Origin: Ostrea edulis | Taxonomy: Eukaryota | Direction: 5' to 3' | Assembly: GCF_947568905.1 (NCBI RefSeq) | Contig: NC_079173.1 | Coordinates: 7,502,001 to 7,566,000 of the forward strand | Length of the DNA: 64,000 nt | Part shown: in pieces, positions 12,485-26,268 of the stretch | How the letters are laid out: each line of letters starts with the position of its first letter | Numbering within the stretch: position 1 is the first letter of the stretch | Program-made: the position numbers and the translations under genes | Notes under the pieces: model-generated | The model's input: the letters and a program-made list of their open reading frames with translations, nothing else | The model's database searches: none | What the model was told of the DNA's origin: nothing

Positions 12485-12646
12485 CATTGTATAGAGGGGT
12501 GTGAGAGTCTCGTTGTATAGAGGGGTGTGAGAGTTTCGTTGTATAGAGGGGTGTGAGAGTCTCGTTGTATAGAGGGGTGTGAGAGTCTCGTTGTATAGAG
12601 GGGTGTGAGAGTCTTGTTGTATAGAGGGGTGTGAGAGTCTCGTTGC
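12485..12646. repeat. 26-bp minisatellite (gttgtatagaggggtgtgagagtctc), about 6 copies
   Basis: Period of 26 read directly (atagagggg at 12491 and 12517). Confidence 0.92.
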
Positions 12647-14223
12647 TGCACGATATGTACACTAAATCCCATACAAACGAAATAAAGTACTGTAATTATA
12701 ACTTGTTGAAACCCTGTTACATCATATTACATAGTTATGGTAGGTTGCTTCGATTTAATCAAAGGTATGAAGGACCTCAAAAGCTCCTGGCTTTGAAATG
12801 GATGAAAGGTGTAATGGAAGACGTATGCTAAACCCTGGAATTATTGATTATTTACCATGATGACTTAAAATTCATTTTACAAACTTGGAATTACATTCAT
12901 TTCTAAAAGTAACAAACTACAAGAACCAAAAAATCTCTGACTTTGTGCTTATTAATGAAATTCAGTCCTTACCCTTAACAAGGGTATCACTAACTGTGTA
13001 CATCTTTCAAGTTATATCTGACCAATATTACATTCTAACTTTTGCAAACCTTGTGTATTTTAAAGCACTTCACTTGTACCTAATTTCTTGTCCTTAAACT
13101 CAAGAAGACCATGACTAATATTACATTCTAAATGTAGACACTTTTGTGTATTTCAAAGTACTATATTTGAAACTATTTTCTAACTGTATAATTTTCACAG
13201 TAAAGTTATAAACAGTACCTACACGTGTAGTTTATCATTTACAAATTCTTTTTTTAAATCCTTCGATTTATATACGACTGTAGAATAGATAATACTAAAA
13301 TGGCTGAATGCGAAAACACAATATTTCATCTATTTTATGTCCATTAGATTCGAAATCAACTAAAACCAAAATCATATAGCAATGTCAGTAAAATAATGGT
13401 TTTATAAATCTTGACAAAGCTTTTGACGGCAAAATGTCATCCTTTTATATTCAAAGAGACACTACAGCCCTTTTTGCGCAAAAATTATGAAATAACACTT
13501 TTTTTTTCGAGCTTCCTCAAATTTTGTTGCAAAGGTGAATGCACGAACTCTGCATTTATAACAATCATCTAAAGTAAAAACTTCTCGTTTTAACACAAAA
13601 ATTAACACTTTTTGGTGTCCTATACAAAAACATATTGAGCATCCTCCCTTTATAAGACATAGACATAAATGGGTAAACAGTGCAGCTTGTCATCAAGTGA
13701 CTAAGTTAGAGAAAGGGTAAAGAACATTGAATATATCCAGAATCTTACAGAATGAGATTCCGCGAAAAAGCAGGTAAAATAAAATGACATACGTGAGCTA
13801 AAACTTATATTGGGATCAGAATTACCATTCGAAAAACCAAGAGCTAGGAGAAGCACACATGTAACTCTGTGGCGGATCAAGGATTTCCGAAGGGAATATG
13901 AAAGTCAAATATTAGCCAAGGTATTTACCCATTTTTGGTGCCATATCTGGAATTTTGCTCACACTTGTGGCGATACAGGGGGGGGGGGGGGGTGTGTGTA
14001 AATTAACCACTGGGACAAGCAAAGAGGCTGGTGTTAGTTTATAACATTGGTAAATACAATCATTTATAATTACCTAGTTGTAAAACACGGATTCATTTCA
14101 TACTTGAAAAGCAAGTGTGGACCCATAAAGGGTAATCAATTTTTTTTAAAAGTCCAACTCAGCATGAAAAAAACAAACCTATGAATTTTGAAGGATCTTC
14201 AAAGCGCAGTTGAAAGCAAAGTA

Positions 14224-14548
14224 TGTATCTTCAGTGAAGCTCAACCGAAATGTTTGAAATCCGAAATAACAATGCAGTTTTAGAGCTATTATAGGCAAAA
14301 ACAGTGTGCCAAAAAAGTGGAGTCAAATTCGTTGAAGGATAAGAGCTATGATCGAGGGAGATAATCCTTAATTTTGAAATGAATTTCTAAATTTTATAAT
14401 AGCAATTAAATATACATCCGAATTTTCAAGCTAGTAACGAAGTACTTATCTACTGGGCTGTAGAGACCCTCGTGGACTAACAGTCCACCAGCAGAGGCCT
14501 CGACCCAGGGGTCATAATGTAAAACTTATACAGTACCAATTTTGATCA
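14224..14548 (-). mobile_element. Retrozyme-like monomer running from just downstream of one hammerhead to the middle of the next
   Basis: The reverse complement starts gatcaaaattggtactgtataagttttacattatgacccctgggtc and ends ttgagcttcactgaagatac, a truncated hammerhead core. Confidence 0.85.
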
Positions 14549-14785
14549 ATCTGTTATGCTACATTATCAGTGCACTGTACATACATGTATTCATTGTATT
14601 AATAAGAAAACGAAAACAGTGATGAGGACTGTGGACTTTATGTAGGATCAGAAATTTTACTTGTATGATGCTACATGTAAGCACTCAAGCTTTCATTTGA
14701 AGAGAAAACATTATGGAGGTTTTATCACAAGTTACAAGACAAATGTTTTGAACAATATTCAAAATTATATATACATGTACATGTA

Positions 14786-16238
14786 CTTAACAGAAAAAGG
14801 TTTAACAATTTCACTGCATTATTTTCAATGCTTTACAATTTTATCTTTTTAATACTCTAACACGCAGTGAAAACAACACATGAGTTATTCTCACAATATG
14901 CGCTACGTTTATGTCATGGATTGGCGTTTTACAATCTCTGCTACACAATTTGTCATGATTGATTGCACGCAATTTCAAAGCAAACATCCACAGGGAAATC
15001 ACTTCGAACGCGCGTACATACAAAAACACCGACAGTTTGCAGAAACTTCAGATGGGAAAACCTCCACAAATCTCTGAAAATGAACGTAAAAGAGCTATGG
15101 GGATGTTTACTTCGGGATGTCGTAAAAAATGTAGCGCGAGAATCTAATATCCATCCTTCGACTATCAGTCGATTTTTGAGTCGTTTTCGAGTAACAGGAC
15201 AAGTCAGCAATCGTCAACACCATGGTCGTCAACGGAAAACAACGGTTCACCAAGACCGCTTTATTGTTACGACGTCGAGAGGTAACCTCTTCATGTCTGC
15301 ACCCAAAGTCACCGAAGAGTTGCGTCGGGCATCTGGAATAATGATAAGTATTCAGAGTGTGAGGAACAGGTTACTAACTGTTCATCTACGCGCTCGGAGA
15401 CCTCTTATTGCGGTCCCTTTGACTCAACGTCACAGCCAAACTCTCGTTGCCTGGGCAACCACGTATCTGTGCTGGACTCGGCGGAAGTAGAATACAGTTT
15501 TGTTTACTGACGAGTTTGGATTTTGCAGATGGACGCGTTCGTGTTTGGAAAGGACGAAATGAGCGGTTTCATCCCAAAACTTGACCGCTATTGTGATGGG
15601 AGTGTCATGATTTGGGGTGGAATCTGTTATTATGTAAAACATACCTCGTCACAGTAAATGGAACTCAGAATTCACAGCATTATTGTAAAGAAATTGTGGT
15701 TTCTGTAGTTACGCCGTTTTGCACCAGGGTCAAACTACCATATTCCAACAGGGTAACGCTCGACCGCACACCGTGCGACACACCTAAGACGTTATACCGC
15801 AGAACAATATCGACGAACAGGAATGGTCCGCAAGGTCACCTGATTTATCACCAATTGAGCATGTGTGGGACACAATTGATCGACGTGTGAGAGAGCGACG
15901 TGACGTCAACAACGTGGCCCATTTGAGTCGTGCGCGTGAACCCAATAACAATACACGAGCTCTGGAACCTCAACAGAAGGTTGAGACGTCGATTTTTGGC
16001 TGTGGTCGCTGCTGATAGAGGCCATACAAAGTATTGAACGGCATGTCAATTTTCATACCCTACCCCTTTCTTTTTATAACATTTGCTCGTATGAAAAATT
16101 GATTTAGAGATTTGTATAGCATTTATTTATCTCTGGTTAATGAATATATTCATAAATACTAAATATGAATTTCTTATAAATGGTAATGTTGATCATATTA
16201 TATTAGATATTACAAGTTGCTAAACTTTTTTTGTTAAG
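14786..16238 (+). mobile_element. Tc1/mariner DNA transposon, full length but decayed
   Basis: ~26-bp TIRs cttaacagaaaaaggtttaacaatt / aagttgctaaactttttttgttaag, with TA at 14784-14785 and 16239-16240. Confidence 0.9.
15052..16037 (+). pseudogene. Tc1-like transposase pseudogene
   Basis: HTH region (IHPSTISRFLSRFRVTG, GRQRKTT), then VLFTDE, SVMIWGGI, QQGNARPH, SPDLSPIEHVWD and terminal GHTKY*. Several stops and frameshifts. Confidence 0.93.
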
Positions 16239-16669
16239 TAAAGATCTAGAGTTATTTTGTGCGGGTGATTTTAGTTTTGCAAGCCTAGTTTATTAAGTAA
16301 CAGGATCACTAGTCGGGGTAAAGTCTCCGCGGAGACCCCCTTGTAATCCTTTTTAATCCTCACCTAAGGGGCCCCCTGGATTGTACACATTGATATATCT
16401 AAAGAAAATTAAATCATATTTAATATGTGACACTGCTTATATATGTATCAATTATCATTACAGTAAATGATGTTGAATAGTACATATTGAGATTGAACAC
16501 GTAGATTTGATTAAGATGTTGATACATTTCTGAGCTTTGATCAGACGAATGAGAATACTTTTGAAATAATTTGAGAACATTGAATTTCATGAGATCAGAT
16601 GCTGTGAGGCATAACAGATGGTCTAGTTTGTCATCACAGTCTGTCATCAGGTCAAATGCTCCCAGTCGT

Positions 16670-16885
16670 GTCTCATAACGATTGTTGGTCAGCCTATTCT
16701 GACAATGGATTATTCCGTTTACTTAGGCCCGATCAAGATGTAGAGCTCACGGAGGGTGTGACCGGTTGACGGAAGATGCTTATTGGTATATCGATCCAGG
16801 AGTTCGTATTTGCCCAACTCTCTATTTTGTATTCTTTATAGAAGTTGTGAGATCGATCATTGTTCGTTATCTTCACCTTTTCATG
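16670..16885 (+). mobile_element. Diverged PLE 3' fragment
   Basis: gagctcacggagggtgtgaccgg...gttatcttcaccttttcat matches the family 3' end. Confidence 0.75.
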
Positions 16886-18130
16886 ATTTTGAATTGTTTT
16901 TGAATTATTTGAGAACATTCTTGAAGTTGTCGAAAATACATATAGAGTTAATTGCTCTATGATGAGACACAATTCTGACATTTTCATCACCGGAAGTAGA
17001 TTTGTTTGGAATTATTTGAAAACATTAAATTCATGGATTGAAATAGAACATAGAATATTGCTTCATAGCTTTTTCATTTGGCTGATACTGATATTTCGCT
17101 TATAGTTTTTTATAATGTTCCTTTCAAATATATTTTTGTTCTGAATGGTATTGCAGGTGCATCGGCAAAGGAGCAACAGGGGCGGCGATCGCCGACCCAT
17201 TAATTTGGGGAAAAAATATATAAAAAAGAAAATCTGTTGAACATTTCTCTCTTTTGTATCGCTTATAGGAGTTATGAGATTGATCACTGTTCGTTATCTT
17301 CACCTTTCATCGGGACCACATCTTCTTGGTAGCAAGGTGATATAGTTACTTACAATCTTATAATTACTATTAAGAATATAAAACTTGCGAGTAGGGTAAA
17401 CATTAACCTCAGCATCAATTAAAAGCGAGATCAAGTGCTTCAGAGGAGTAAATATTTCCTGTTGACCAGTCACACCCGTCGTGGGTCATATATCTTCTTC
17501 AGATAAACAAAATACTATGATAATGCGTAATTTGAAAAACGTTTTTGCAACAAATTGCCAATTAACTGTATGAATATATAGGAATTATGAGATTGATCAG
17601 TATTCGTTATTTTCACCTTTCATGAAAGGCATCATACAGCAGTTGTATGACTTGTTGTACTAAAAAATTACTTCTTTTTTTTCATTCTATAACTAATCAC
17701 ATGGATAGAAAATTGTCAATAAGTAGAATTACTTTGGATTGTAACAGATCTTTCAACGATCATGGAAGTGCAGCTCTTTTATAAGTGATTAGTATTTTTT
17801 CCTTGAAATCTGCATGATCTATTGAAGGCAGACTAAGCAGATATGATTCAGACTTTGTTCATATTAATTTTGTTTTATTCTTAGGAAGCACAAACATACA
17901 ATAGGAATTTGTTATCATGCCTTTGCCTTCCATAAGAACCTTTGGAATTCTGAAATGTACGTGGATAAATTTTATTATCAATTTTTAGAACAATGAAGAA
18001 ATGATACATGATCAACAGTAACTTAAACAGAATTAAGATAAGAAGGAAAGAGAAATTTCAGAACCCCAATTTAACATTTCACATCGACTAACACAAGGTA
18101 CTTGTATATCAACTGAAATGAGCCCTTTAC

Positions 18131-18315
18131 CACGATATCGGATGAGATTCCGAGCTTTCCAATTTGGTTGCAGGACCGCGTGCTTCTGTTCTAACACGAT
18201 CGTTTCCCTGGTGATTATCCCCACCACCATTGTGGTGATGACCGACGCCGTCTCTACTAACGACTTCCTTAACATTAGCAACCAAAAAAACGACAACGAG
18301 GAAAATCAAGAATTT
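18131..18315 (-). CDS. Candidate coding exon of a small secreted His/Gly-rich peptide, copy A
   Basis: Acceptor ccatctccttattcttacag| and donor |gtaaag. 185 bp reading KFLIFLVVVFLVANVKEVVS-RDGVGHHHNGGGDNHQGNDRVRTEARGPATKLESSESHPIS. Downstream acceptor at 17949 and AATAAA at 17874-17879. The ATG exon was not located. Confidence 0.55.
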
Positions 18316-18509
18316 CTGTAAGAATAAGGAGATGGTTAAGGTATAAATTTTACAATGAATAATAAGATAAAGATTGAAGTAATCCGATGCTTTTTGTGTG
18401 ACTATCTGGACGCCTAATTTTCTTCAACTTAATAGTTTCCAGCTGTGCTGTATGGACAATAGTCCTTTTGAATAAAATGTTCAGGATTAAAACATTTCGG
18501 GATTTTAGT

Positions 18510-18780
18510 TTCCATGGGGACCCTGGTGAGAACAGGTTCCCAATACCCCTTTGCTTGTCGTAAGAGGCGACTAAATTTGACGGCCCCCCAATTAAGACCT
18601 CAAAGCCAAGACTTGGGTCACAGCAGGTGTGACACGAGAAAGATCTATCCATGTTCAAAGATCGTAATTCCGAACACGAGTCTAATTTTTCAGCCCTTCA
18701 CCGAAAACGTCTCCAGATGAGTGAAAAATATCTCGAGAGGGAGGGTTAAACAATATAAAATCCATCAATCAAGATTTCAG
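18510..18780 (+). mobile_element. SINE-like repeat (gtcgtaagaggcgactaaa family, atca-type tail); paralogs at ~26650-26945 and ~34960-35225
   Basis: GC-rich ~270-bp block with a ctcgagagggagggttaaac...aatcaatcaa tail. The same tail recurs at ~58855-58945 and ~59380-59445. Confidence 0.65.
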
Positions 18781-19325
18781 ATGGAATACTTAGCAACATA
18801 TGCCTGATAAAAGAAAATGATCACCACAACAAGAACATTTAACTAATTCTTTCCATACAAAAGAAGAAATAAGACTAATTTACTCTATACAAATGGATAT
18901 CAGATTATTGTTCACTAGATACATCCGATGTCCAATGTTTTTAACAGATTGGAATAAATATTAATAGTTGACAATGAAATATAAAACAAAAGGGAATGTC
19001 ACAAACTGGATATTAAATACTATACCTTTTTCTTTTATTTCAATTTGCCTAAAAAAGATAATCATAGCGATATAGCAGAAACTCAAAAGAGTTTCTGTAA
19101 GCTTTTTGGTGTCTTGGATCAACAAATCCGTATACTAGTGTATCACCTCAATCCTTCCTTATATAGCAAATGAAACAACTACGTCATGCGGAGATGTGAT
19201 GTGTGTGGATTTGATTCGATGGTGAGAATGTTCATAAGCGCGCGCATTCAATTTTATAAAAATCTTGCAAATATTGAAAATGTATCAATTCCAGAAATAC
19301 TGTAATTGTCTGTTTTAGTTTTCAC

Positions 19326-19327
<2 letters not shown>

Positions 19328-19367
<40 letters not shown>
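19328..19367. repeat. (GA)n microsatellite
   Basis: Direct reading. A second (GA)n lies at 21533-21568. Confidence 0.97.
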
Positions 19368-19370
<3 letters not shown>

Positions 19371-20553
19371 CAATTAGATTCTCAATTTTTCGATACGAAC
19401 TTCGTTTTCTCGGGACAAGGGAAGATGTTTACATCAGATGGCTAAAGATAAACAACAAACACTAGAACACTAGCAGTAAAACTACACTAAATCTGCAAAC
19501 GTATTTACACTGTAAATCACATCTTTTCTAGGGAGGGGCGAATTGGGAATCGTCCTATTCGTCCAGTGGGCTGAACGACAATGCGCGTAATGATATTCTT
19601 TATTAATTTCAGGTAGAACGAGTTAACTAATTAAGTTAATTAGTGCAAAAGTCAACTCGTATCTGTTGATATTACGATGTTAAATAGTACAAAAGTGTAG
19701 AAGAATGCATTCTAAAGTCATAAAGTAAACCATAGTATAGAGCAGGTTCTTTATTATTGTATCTCTTAATAACATATAGAAAACAATTTAAAAAATATAC
19801 TAAGACATTTTCCTACAAATGTCCAATTTCAACAAAGCCGAGAAATAACAAAACAGTTCTTCACAAATAGATAAACGACACTAAAAGAGGACATAAGTAA
19901 ATTGAAATAGGATATGACTTCATAATTGCAAATGAGAAGCAATGAGTCTCAATATAAATCAAGCAGAATATAAACACTGCGCAAATAAAATAAGTTCTAT
20001 GATAAAAAACTTTATAAAGTTGATGGTTTAATTTTGTTTTCATTACAGCACAATATTTTGCTTATTTACAATCACATTTACACTTTCAAAACATTGATTT
20101 GAGATTTACTACATATATGTGTGTCTGGATTATTTTTCATGAGAAAGAAAAGATGTGATTAAATCTCGGAGAGTAGGCAGAGGGTTAACATTAAAAGGAC
20201 ATGCTAAACTTTTAATTTTGTTTAGCATGAAGGTCCTGGGACTTCCCTTTCCAGAAAGAAAAACCAGTTAGAGATACAACAAATGTTTAGAAAGAGACGT
20301 CGCATTATAAATATTTATATAAATATGGACTTTTTGCACAGTATCACGTCTTAGATTTAATATATGCAAGTATATTAAAATATTGCGTTATCGCATTATC
20401 TATAAACATGACGGAATAAAATGCCTGCATTAGAATGACAATGTTCTCCATCAAGGAAGCAAAATCTGATGTCATATTTATGATGTTCATTATCAAACTG
20501 TACAGTCAACCTGAGATTTCTAGGGTGATAACAATCTGCGGAGTTTCACATAC

Positions 20554-20842
20554 AGCCCAGTAGATAAGTACTTCGTTACTAGCTTGAAAATACGGATGTA
20601 TATTCAATTGCTGTTATAAAATTTAGAAATTCATTCCAAAATTAAGGATTATCTCCCTCATGCATAGCTCTTATCTTGGACGAATTTGGCTCCACTTTTT
20701 TGGCACGCTGTTTTGGGCTATATTTAGCTCCACAACTTCATAGTTATTTCGGATTTCAAACATTTCGGTTGAGCATCACTGAAGAGACATTCTTTGTCGA
20801 AATGCCCATCTGGCACATCAAAATTGGTACCGTATAAGTTTT
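20554..20842 (+). mobile_element. Retrozyme-like insertion present only in unit A; hammerhead at 20773-20816 is degenerate
   Basis: TSD ACATAC at 20548-20553 and 20843-20848. Empty sites in unit B (~28850) and unit C (~37140). Stem III is mutated to ATGCCCAT and the stem I 3' strand to TGGCAC. Confidence 0.88.
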
Positions 20843-21529
20843 ACATACATGTGTCTTTATCATCTGAATCGCATTCTTAAAATTTTCAATACTTATCTAA
20901 CCACCTCCTCTTGTTATAGCTGGACATGCTGTATGATCGTTAAATATGATGAGATTCTAAAAATATCTACACTGTCATTTACATATTATGTTTTCATGAA
21001 CACTATGCAGAAGATACTAAAGTTTATTAGATGTAAATACATGTCTTAAATTATATTGTTTTATAAAAATATCGATGTACATTGTAGCATTATTTCGTCG
21101 ATTATACTGTTATGTTCCGTTGAAGAACTTCCCACTCATATTGAGATGGTCACCACTTGCGGGTGAATTGCCACAGAAAGTCATAGCACACTTCCTCACC
21201 TATTGGCAAACTCGACGATTTAAAGGAAAATCACCGATTTCATATATTAGACTCATATGACATTTAAATGCATTTCCAAGTTTCCTTCCAAGAATAGTGT
21301 CTGTTCAATATCTGAGAAGCATTTGACAGTAAGTACAAACGTAAGCTTGAGACAGTGATTACACTTAGAGAGTGTATGTCCCTTATTGATTTATGGTATG
21401 TAAAAGTATGGATGTGCCATTGCTAGATTAATACTGATTTTACTATGATTGAACTTTCCTTACACAATGCTGAACACAATATGTTCATAAGGATGCCATG
21501 TTTCAGGTATATAATGTGATGGTTTATTT

Positions 21530-21569
<40 letters not shown>

Positions 21570-24519
21570 GGGGTCATGTTTTAAAAAAAACAACTTATAG
21601 AGACACTATAGCTCAATTTCCACATTTTAGTCAAGTGTTTTTGTAAATCATGTGTGGATAAAATAATGGAAATCATATCAATACCGACAATTTGAAACAA
21701 TTTCAATGCATCAATTTCCTCTTAACTGCACTTTGAAGATCATTCGAAAACAATGCTGAGTTGGACTTTAAAATGCTTTTTTACATCACGTGAATTTGAA
21801 TGACAGCAGAGGTGTGTGTAGAAAATAATTTGAATACCCGTTGTGGGGTCCAAACTCAAATTTCAAGTATGAAATTACCCCATGCTCCTTATAAGTAAGT
21901 AATTATAAAGGATGTTTTAACAGAAACCATTATATGTTCGTATTGACCAATGTTTATAAACCAATACGTGACGTGTTGATTATAAAAGTAGCACTTGATT
22001 TTAAAGCAGTGTATTTGTTAGTCCCAGTAGCAGATTAAGAAAGGACCCTCCATTTCATGAATACAAATCGTGATCGAAATTCCAGATATGGCACCCAAAC
22101 TGCTGAGTACCTTGGCTAAAACTTAACTTCCAAATACACCCCTTTCGTAAATCCTTGATCCGTCACTGAGTCCTGCTTGCGGTTCTCCTAGCTCTTGGTT
22201 TTGCAACGTTAATTCTGATACCAGCATAAAATTATATATCACATATGAATTTATCTCATTACATCTTACCGCTTTTTGCAGAATCTCATTCTGTCAAAAT
22301 TCTGGCTCTATCCAGTACCCACCACGGGTTCGCTCACTTGGTCAATGGTCAGCATGCTGCACTGTTTACCGTTTACACCCATATTTATCAAAGGAGGCGC
22401 AATATTGTTTTTTATAGGTCACAAGAAGTATTAATATTTGCGTTAAAACAAGAAGTTTCAACGTGGGATAATTGTTATAATTGCAAAGTTCATGTATTCA
22501 ACTATGCAACAAAATTTAACAAAGCTATGGCAAAATTGTTATTTTATGATTTTTGAGCAATAGGAGCTAACGTTTTCCTTTAAGTATAAATAGATGACAT
22601 TTTGCTGTCAAAATGTTTATAAAGATTTATAAAACCATTTTGTAATGGCAGTTGCTATGTGATTTTGGATATAGTTCATTTCCGATCTAATGGACATAAA
22701 ATAGAGGATATATTGTGTTTTCACATTCAGAGAATTTTGTATAATCTAGTCTACAGTCGTATATAAATCGAAGGATTTAAAACGAATTTGAGTATTTGTA
22801 AATGATAAACTACACTTGTAAGTTCTGTATATAGCTTTACTGTAACGATTCTGGAGTTAGAAATTAGTGTAGTACTTTAACATGCACAATGTTGTCAACA
22901 GTTATAATGTAATATTGGTCAGATATAACTTGAAAGATGTACACCGTTAATGATGCCGTTGTTGAAGATAAAGACTTAATTCTATTATTAACCATTAAGG
23001 GATTTATTGGTTCTTTCAGTTTGTCACTTTTAGAAGTGAATTTAATTCCAAGTTTGTTGAATGAATTTTAAGTCATAATGGTAAATAATCAATAATTCCA
23101 AAGTTTAGACTGCTGCAACGTCTCCTCTAAATCCACCACTGATTTATATTGATGTATGTTAAGGAACCCATACATTATACTTATATTAATATGTGCATTT
23201 CATATGATTTCATCACCGTATACATTTTACAAAGTTTTTGCTTTTTTATGTTCATAGGTTGGAAGCTGTATTAAGGTTTTCGTCTTTTTAAGACATTTGT
23301 TGCATGAATCAGTTTTAACCCATTCATAAATCTGGTAATTACGTTGATATATAATCTGTATTAGTGTATTTCAGTCACGTTCAACTAATTGTAGTTCGGT
23401 TTTACTCAGGGTATCTTATAAAAAGAAATATGTTTTTTCACCATTCTTGGTTTAGTCTCTTCTTGTCACCTCAAAAAAATTATGATATCAAAAATTGATA
23501 AAATTGTCAATTTGAAAAAGAATTCAAAATCAGAAAAGGGAAAACACGATCCCATAAAAATTAGAAGGTGTTTAGGAGCTGAGAAAGAGTGGGAATACCC
23601 TGTTGGACTGTGACACCTGATATGAAACGTATATCTTCATCATGTTAACTTGGCAATCATTACTTAAGAGCAATGTGTAAAAAAGGGTCTAATATAGGTA
23701 TAAAACTTCTGTCAATGAGAGGCTGCATTTGCAAATTAGACCTCATCACAACTTTGGTATATCGAGGATCTGCTTTTTGCCTCTCTTTTATTTTTTTTAT
23801 ACTGTATGAGACTTATGCGATTGATTACTTTTCGCTATCATCATTTGTTGATCGGTGGAACGACAATAGACTTCGGTAATCAATAATGCGTAGAACATAC
23901 CCTCATCGATTGAATCGGTTGAGAGACAAAACAACATACACAAGTAGTAATGCATTTGTTTTCTTTTTTGTTTGTTATTGCAAAATCTTTGCTAAGTTTT
24001 CTAGAGTTCGTACATGTATGAGACTCGAAACATATATCCTTCGAATTTCGATAAGCCTAACTATGAACAAAGTGTCCAGTTATTACTAATTATTAATGAT
24101 GCAGAGTAGTGGTGACAAAGGAAAACCGAAAGGAGTGATACATAGAAGTATTAGAACCTCCCCACTAAACCCCTTTCTCCTCTCTCACCCCCTCCTGTCC
24201 CTACTTCCCCTTATCTCCCCCTCCTTCTCACCCTAGCCGATCCTCATAGATACATGTTCGCATTATTTTATATAGTTATAGCCCTCGATAGTCAATGTTA
24301 TTTGTTTAATAAAGAATTGATCCATTCCATTGTGACAACAATAGCTGTAAGTCAAGTACAACTAATCTTTGATGATGGTTACAACTTTGGGACACCTTAA
24401 TTATGGCTATTTATCATACCAACATCTGTCAAGAAACAGGACATCGATTTAATAAGCTCTTATTTCGTACTATAAGCGACACTCAACTCTGAAGGCCTAG
24501 TAAAAAAGTCATTTACTAT

Positions 24520-24905
24520 TTTGACGTATTGAAATATAGATATATAGACGATGTTTTATTTCTTAAGAAAAATCATTCGCATGCATATGTCGATTCGATA
24601 TTACTTTTTGAACTCGAAATAAAAGAAACCATAGAGTCCTACACATATGCTTCGTACTTAGATATTTTATTACAAAATAAATAGCAACGACAGACTAGCA
24701 CCTCAACTTCATGACAAATGGGATGGTTTCAGTTTCTCAGTCGTCAACTTCAAATATCTATGTAGTTATACTTCATTATTACTTGAATGCCTTGCTTATA
24801 TCTCTCTATCGATTTGATATGCAAGAGCTTGTTCTGTTTCTACATCGAGGCAGGGTAGTGACAAATACATTGGTGTTACAGGGGTTCCAACATTCTGATT
24901 TATAG
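24520..24905 (+). pseudogene. Older PLE RT fragment including the catalytic YIDD motif; paralog at ~32810-33190
   Basis: Reads KYRYIDDVLF...ELEIKETIES...ASYLDILL...QLHDKWDGFSFSVVNF, with frameshifts. Confidence 0.8.
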
Positions 24906-25427
24906 TCACTGCAAATGTCAAAATAAAAACGCTTTCAATCATTCAAAATGAAAGAAAGATCACTCTTATTTTATTAAACAACAAAGGTTGGAATCAAAGA
25001 ACAAAAAAATTGATAACCTGGTTATAGACTTGAAGATAGTGGCTTCTTCGGATCATCTGTCACTAGGTCAAATGGTTGAAAAATAAATGTCCGAGGAACC
25101 GGGTATAGTTCGATCACCTTTACGTCTTGTACGTAGTCAAGAGGACTTCTCCTATCCCAAAAATCTTTCCCGATGAAATTGTATCCTCGCTAAGTCGTGT
25201 GAAACTACTTGATCACAATATAGGGCTCACAGCGGGTGTGACCGATCGAAAGGGACTTCAAGGTACCTGATCTAACGTCTGGTGTGTCCAGTAGCCGTGT
25301 TTGTCCAACTCCCTCTTTTGTATCGCTTATAGGAGTTATGAGATTGGTCACTCTTCTTTATCTTCACCTCTCTTTCCAACCATATCTTCTTGGTCGGAAG
25401 GTGATATGGTTACTTACAATGCAAAGT

Positions 25428-25645
25428 GAAGATAACGAGCAGTGATCAATCTCATAACTCCAATAAGAGATACAGAATAGATAGCTGGGCAAACATGGAC
25501 CCCTGGACACACCAGAGGTGTGATCAGGTGCCTAGGAGGAGTAAGCATCCCCTGTTGACCGGTCACACCCGCCGTGAGCCCTATATCCTGATCAGGTAAA
25601 CGGAGTTATCCGCAGTGAAAATCAGTGTGCAATGAACGGCTTACA
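25428..25645 (-). mobile_element. PLE 3' UTR insertion shared by unit B and unit C (33716-33940), absent from unit A
   Basis: Unit A reads ttacttacaatcttataatt without interruption at ~17347-17366. Confidence 0.85.
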
Positions 25646-26268
25646 ACCTTAAAATTACTATAAAAAATGCAAAACTTGCGAGTAGGTTAAACATGGGCCC
25701 TAGCATAAATTAAAAGCGAGATCAGGTGCCTCGGAGGAGTAAACATTTCCTGTTGTCTAGTCACACCCGTCGTTGGTCATATATCTTCCTCAGATAAACA
25801 AAATACTATAAAAAGCAAATTACTTCGCTACTGATCACATCGATAGAAAGCTGTCAATGAGTACATTTACTTTGGATTGTAACACATGTTTCAACGATCT
25901 TGGAAGTGCAGCTCTTTTATAAAGTATTAATGTCTCTTCCTTGAAATCGGCAAACTTTAAGGAGCGCAGACTAAGCAGAAATGATTCAGACTTTGTTCAT
26001 ATTAATTTTGTTTTATTCCTAGGAAGCACAAACATACAATAGGAATTTGTCATCATGCCTTTGCCTTCCATGAGAACCTTTGGAATTCTGAAATATACAT
26101 GGATCAATTTTATTATCAATATTTAGAACAATGAAGAAATGATACATGATCAACAGTAACTTAAACAGAATTAAGATAAGAAGGAAAGAGAAATTTCCGA
26201 ACCCCAATTTAACATTTCAAATCGCCTAACACAAGGTACATGTATATGAACTGAAATGAGATCTTTAC

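Larger units (their letters stand above)
10440..14220 (-). repeat. Older inverted paralog of part of the 8-kb tandem unit (matches ~21715-23275), interrupted by later insertions
   Basis: 10451-10577 is the reverse complement of 23120-23275; 13200-13290 of 22745-22830; 13395-13445 of 22595-22645; 14146-14215 of 21715-21775. Confidence 0.8.
17250..25310. repeat. Tandem segmental duplication, unit A (~8.1 kb)
   Basis: Colinear with 25311-33610 and 33611-37282; for example the exon acceptors lie at 18315, 26453 and 34764 (offsets 8138 and 8311). Confidence 0.92.

Noticed and set aside
18033-18296. Alternative frame MSFFWLLMLRK..., open in all three units, and plus-strand ORF 18118-18321
   Set aside because: The first starts at TTG with an in-frame TGA just upstream within the exon. 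The plus frame has a TGA in unit B. Neither fits the splice sites as well as the KFLIF frame, though they are not formally excluded.
18555-18590. HDV-like ribozyme in the gtcgtaagaggcgactaaa SINE-like repeat
   Set aside because: I could only build a simple hairpin; no P1/P3/P1.1 nested pseudoknot could be assigned.
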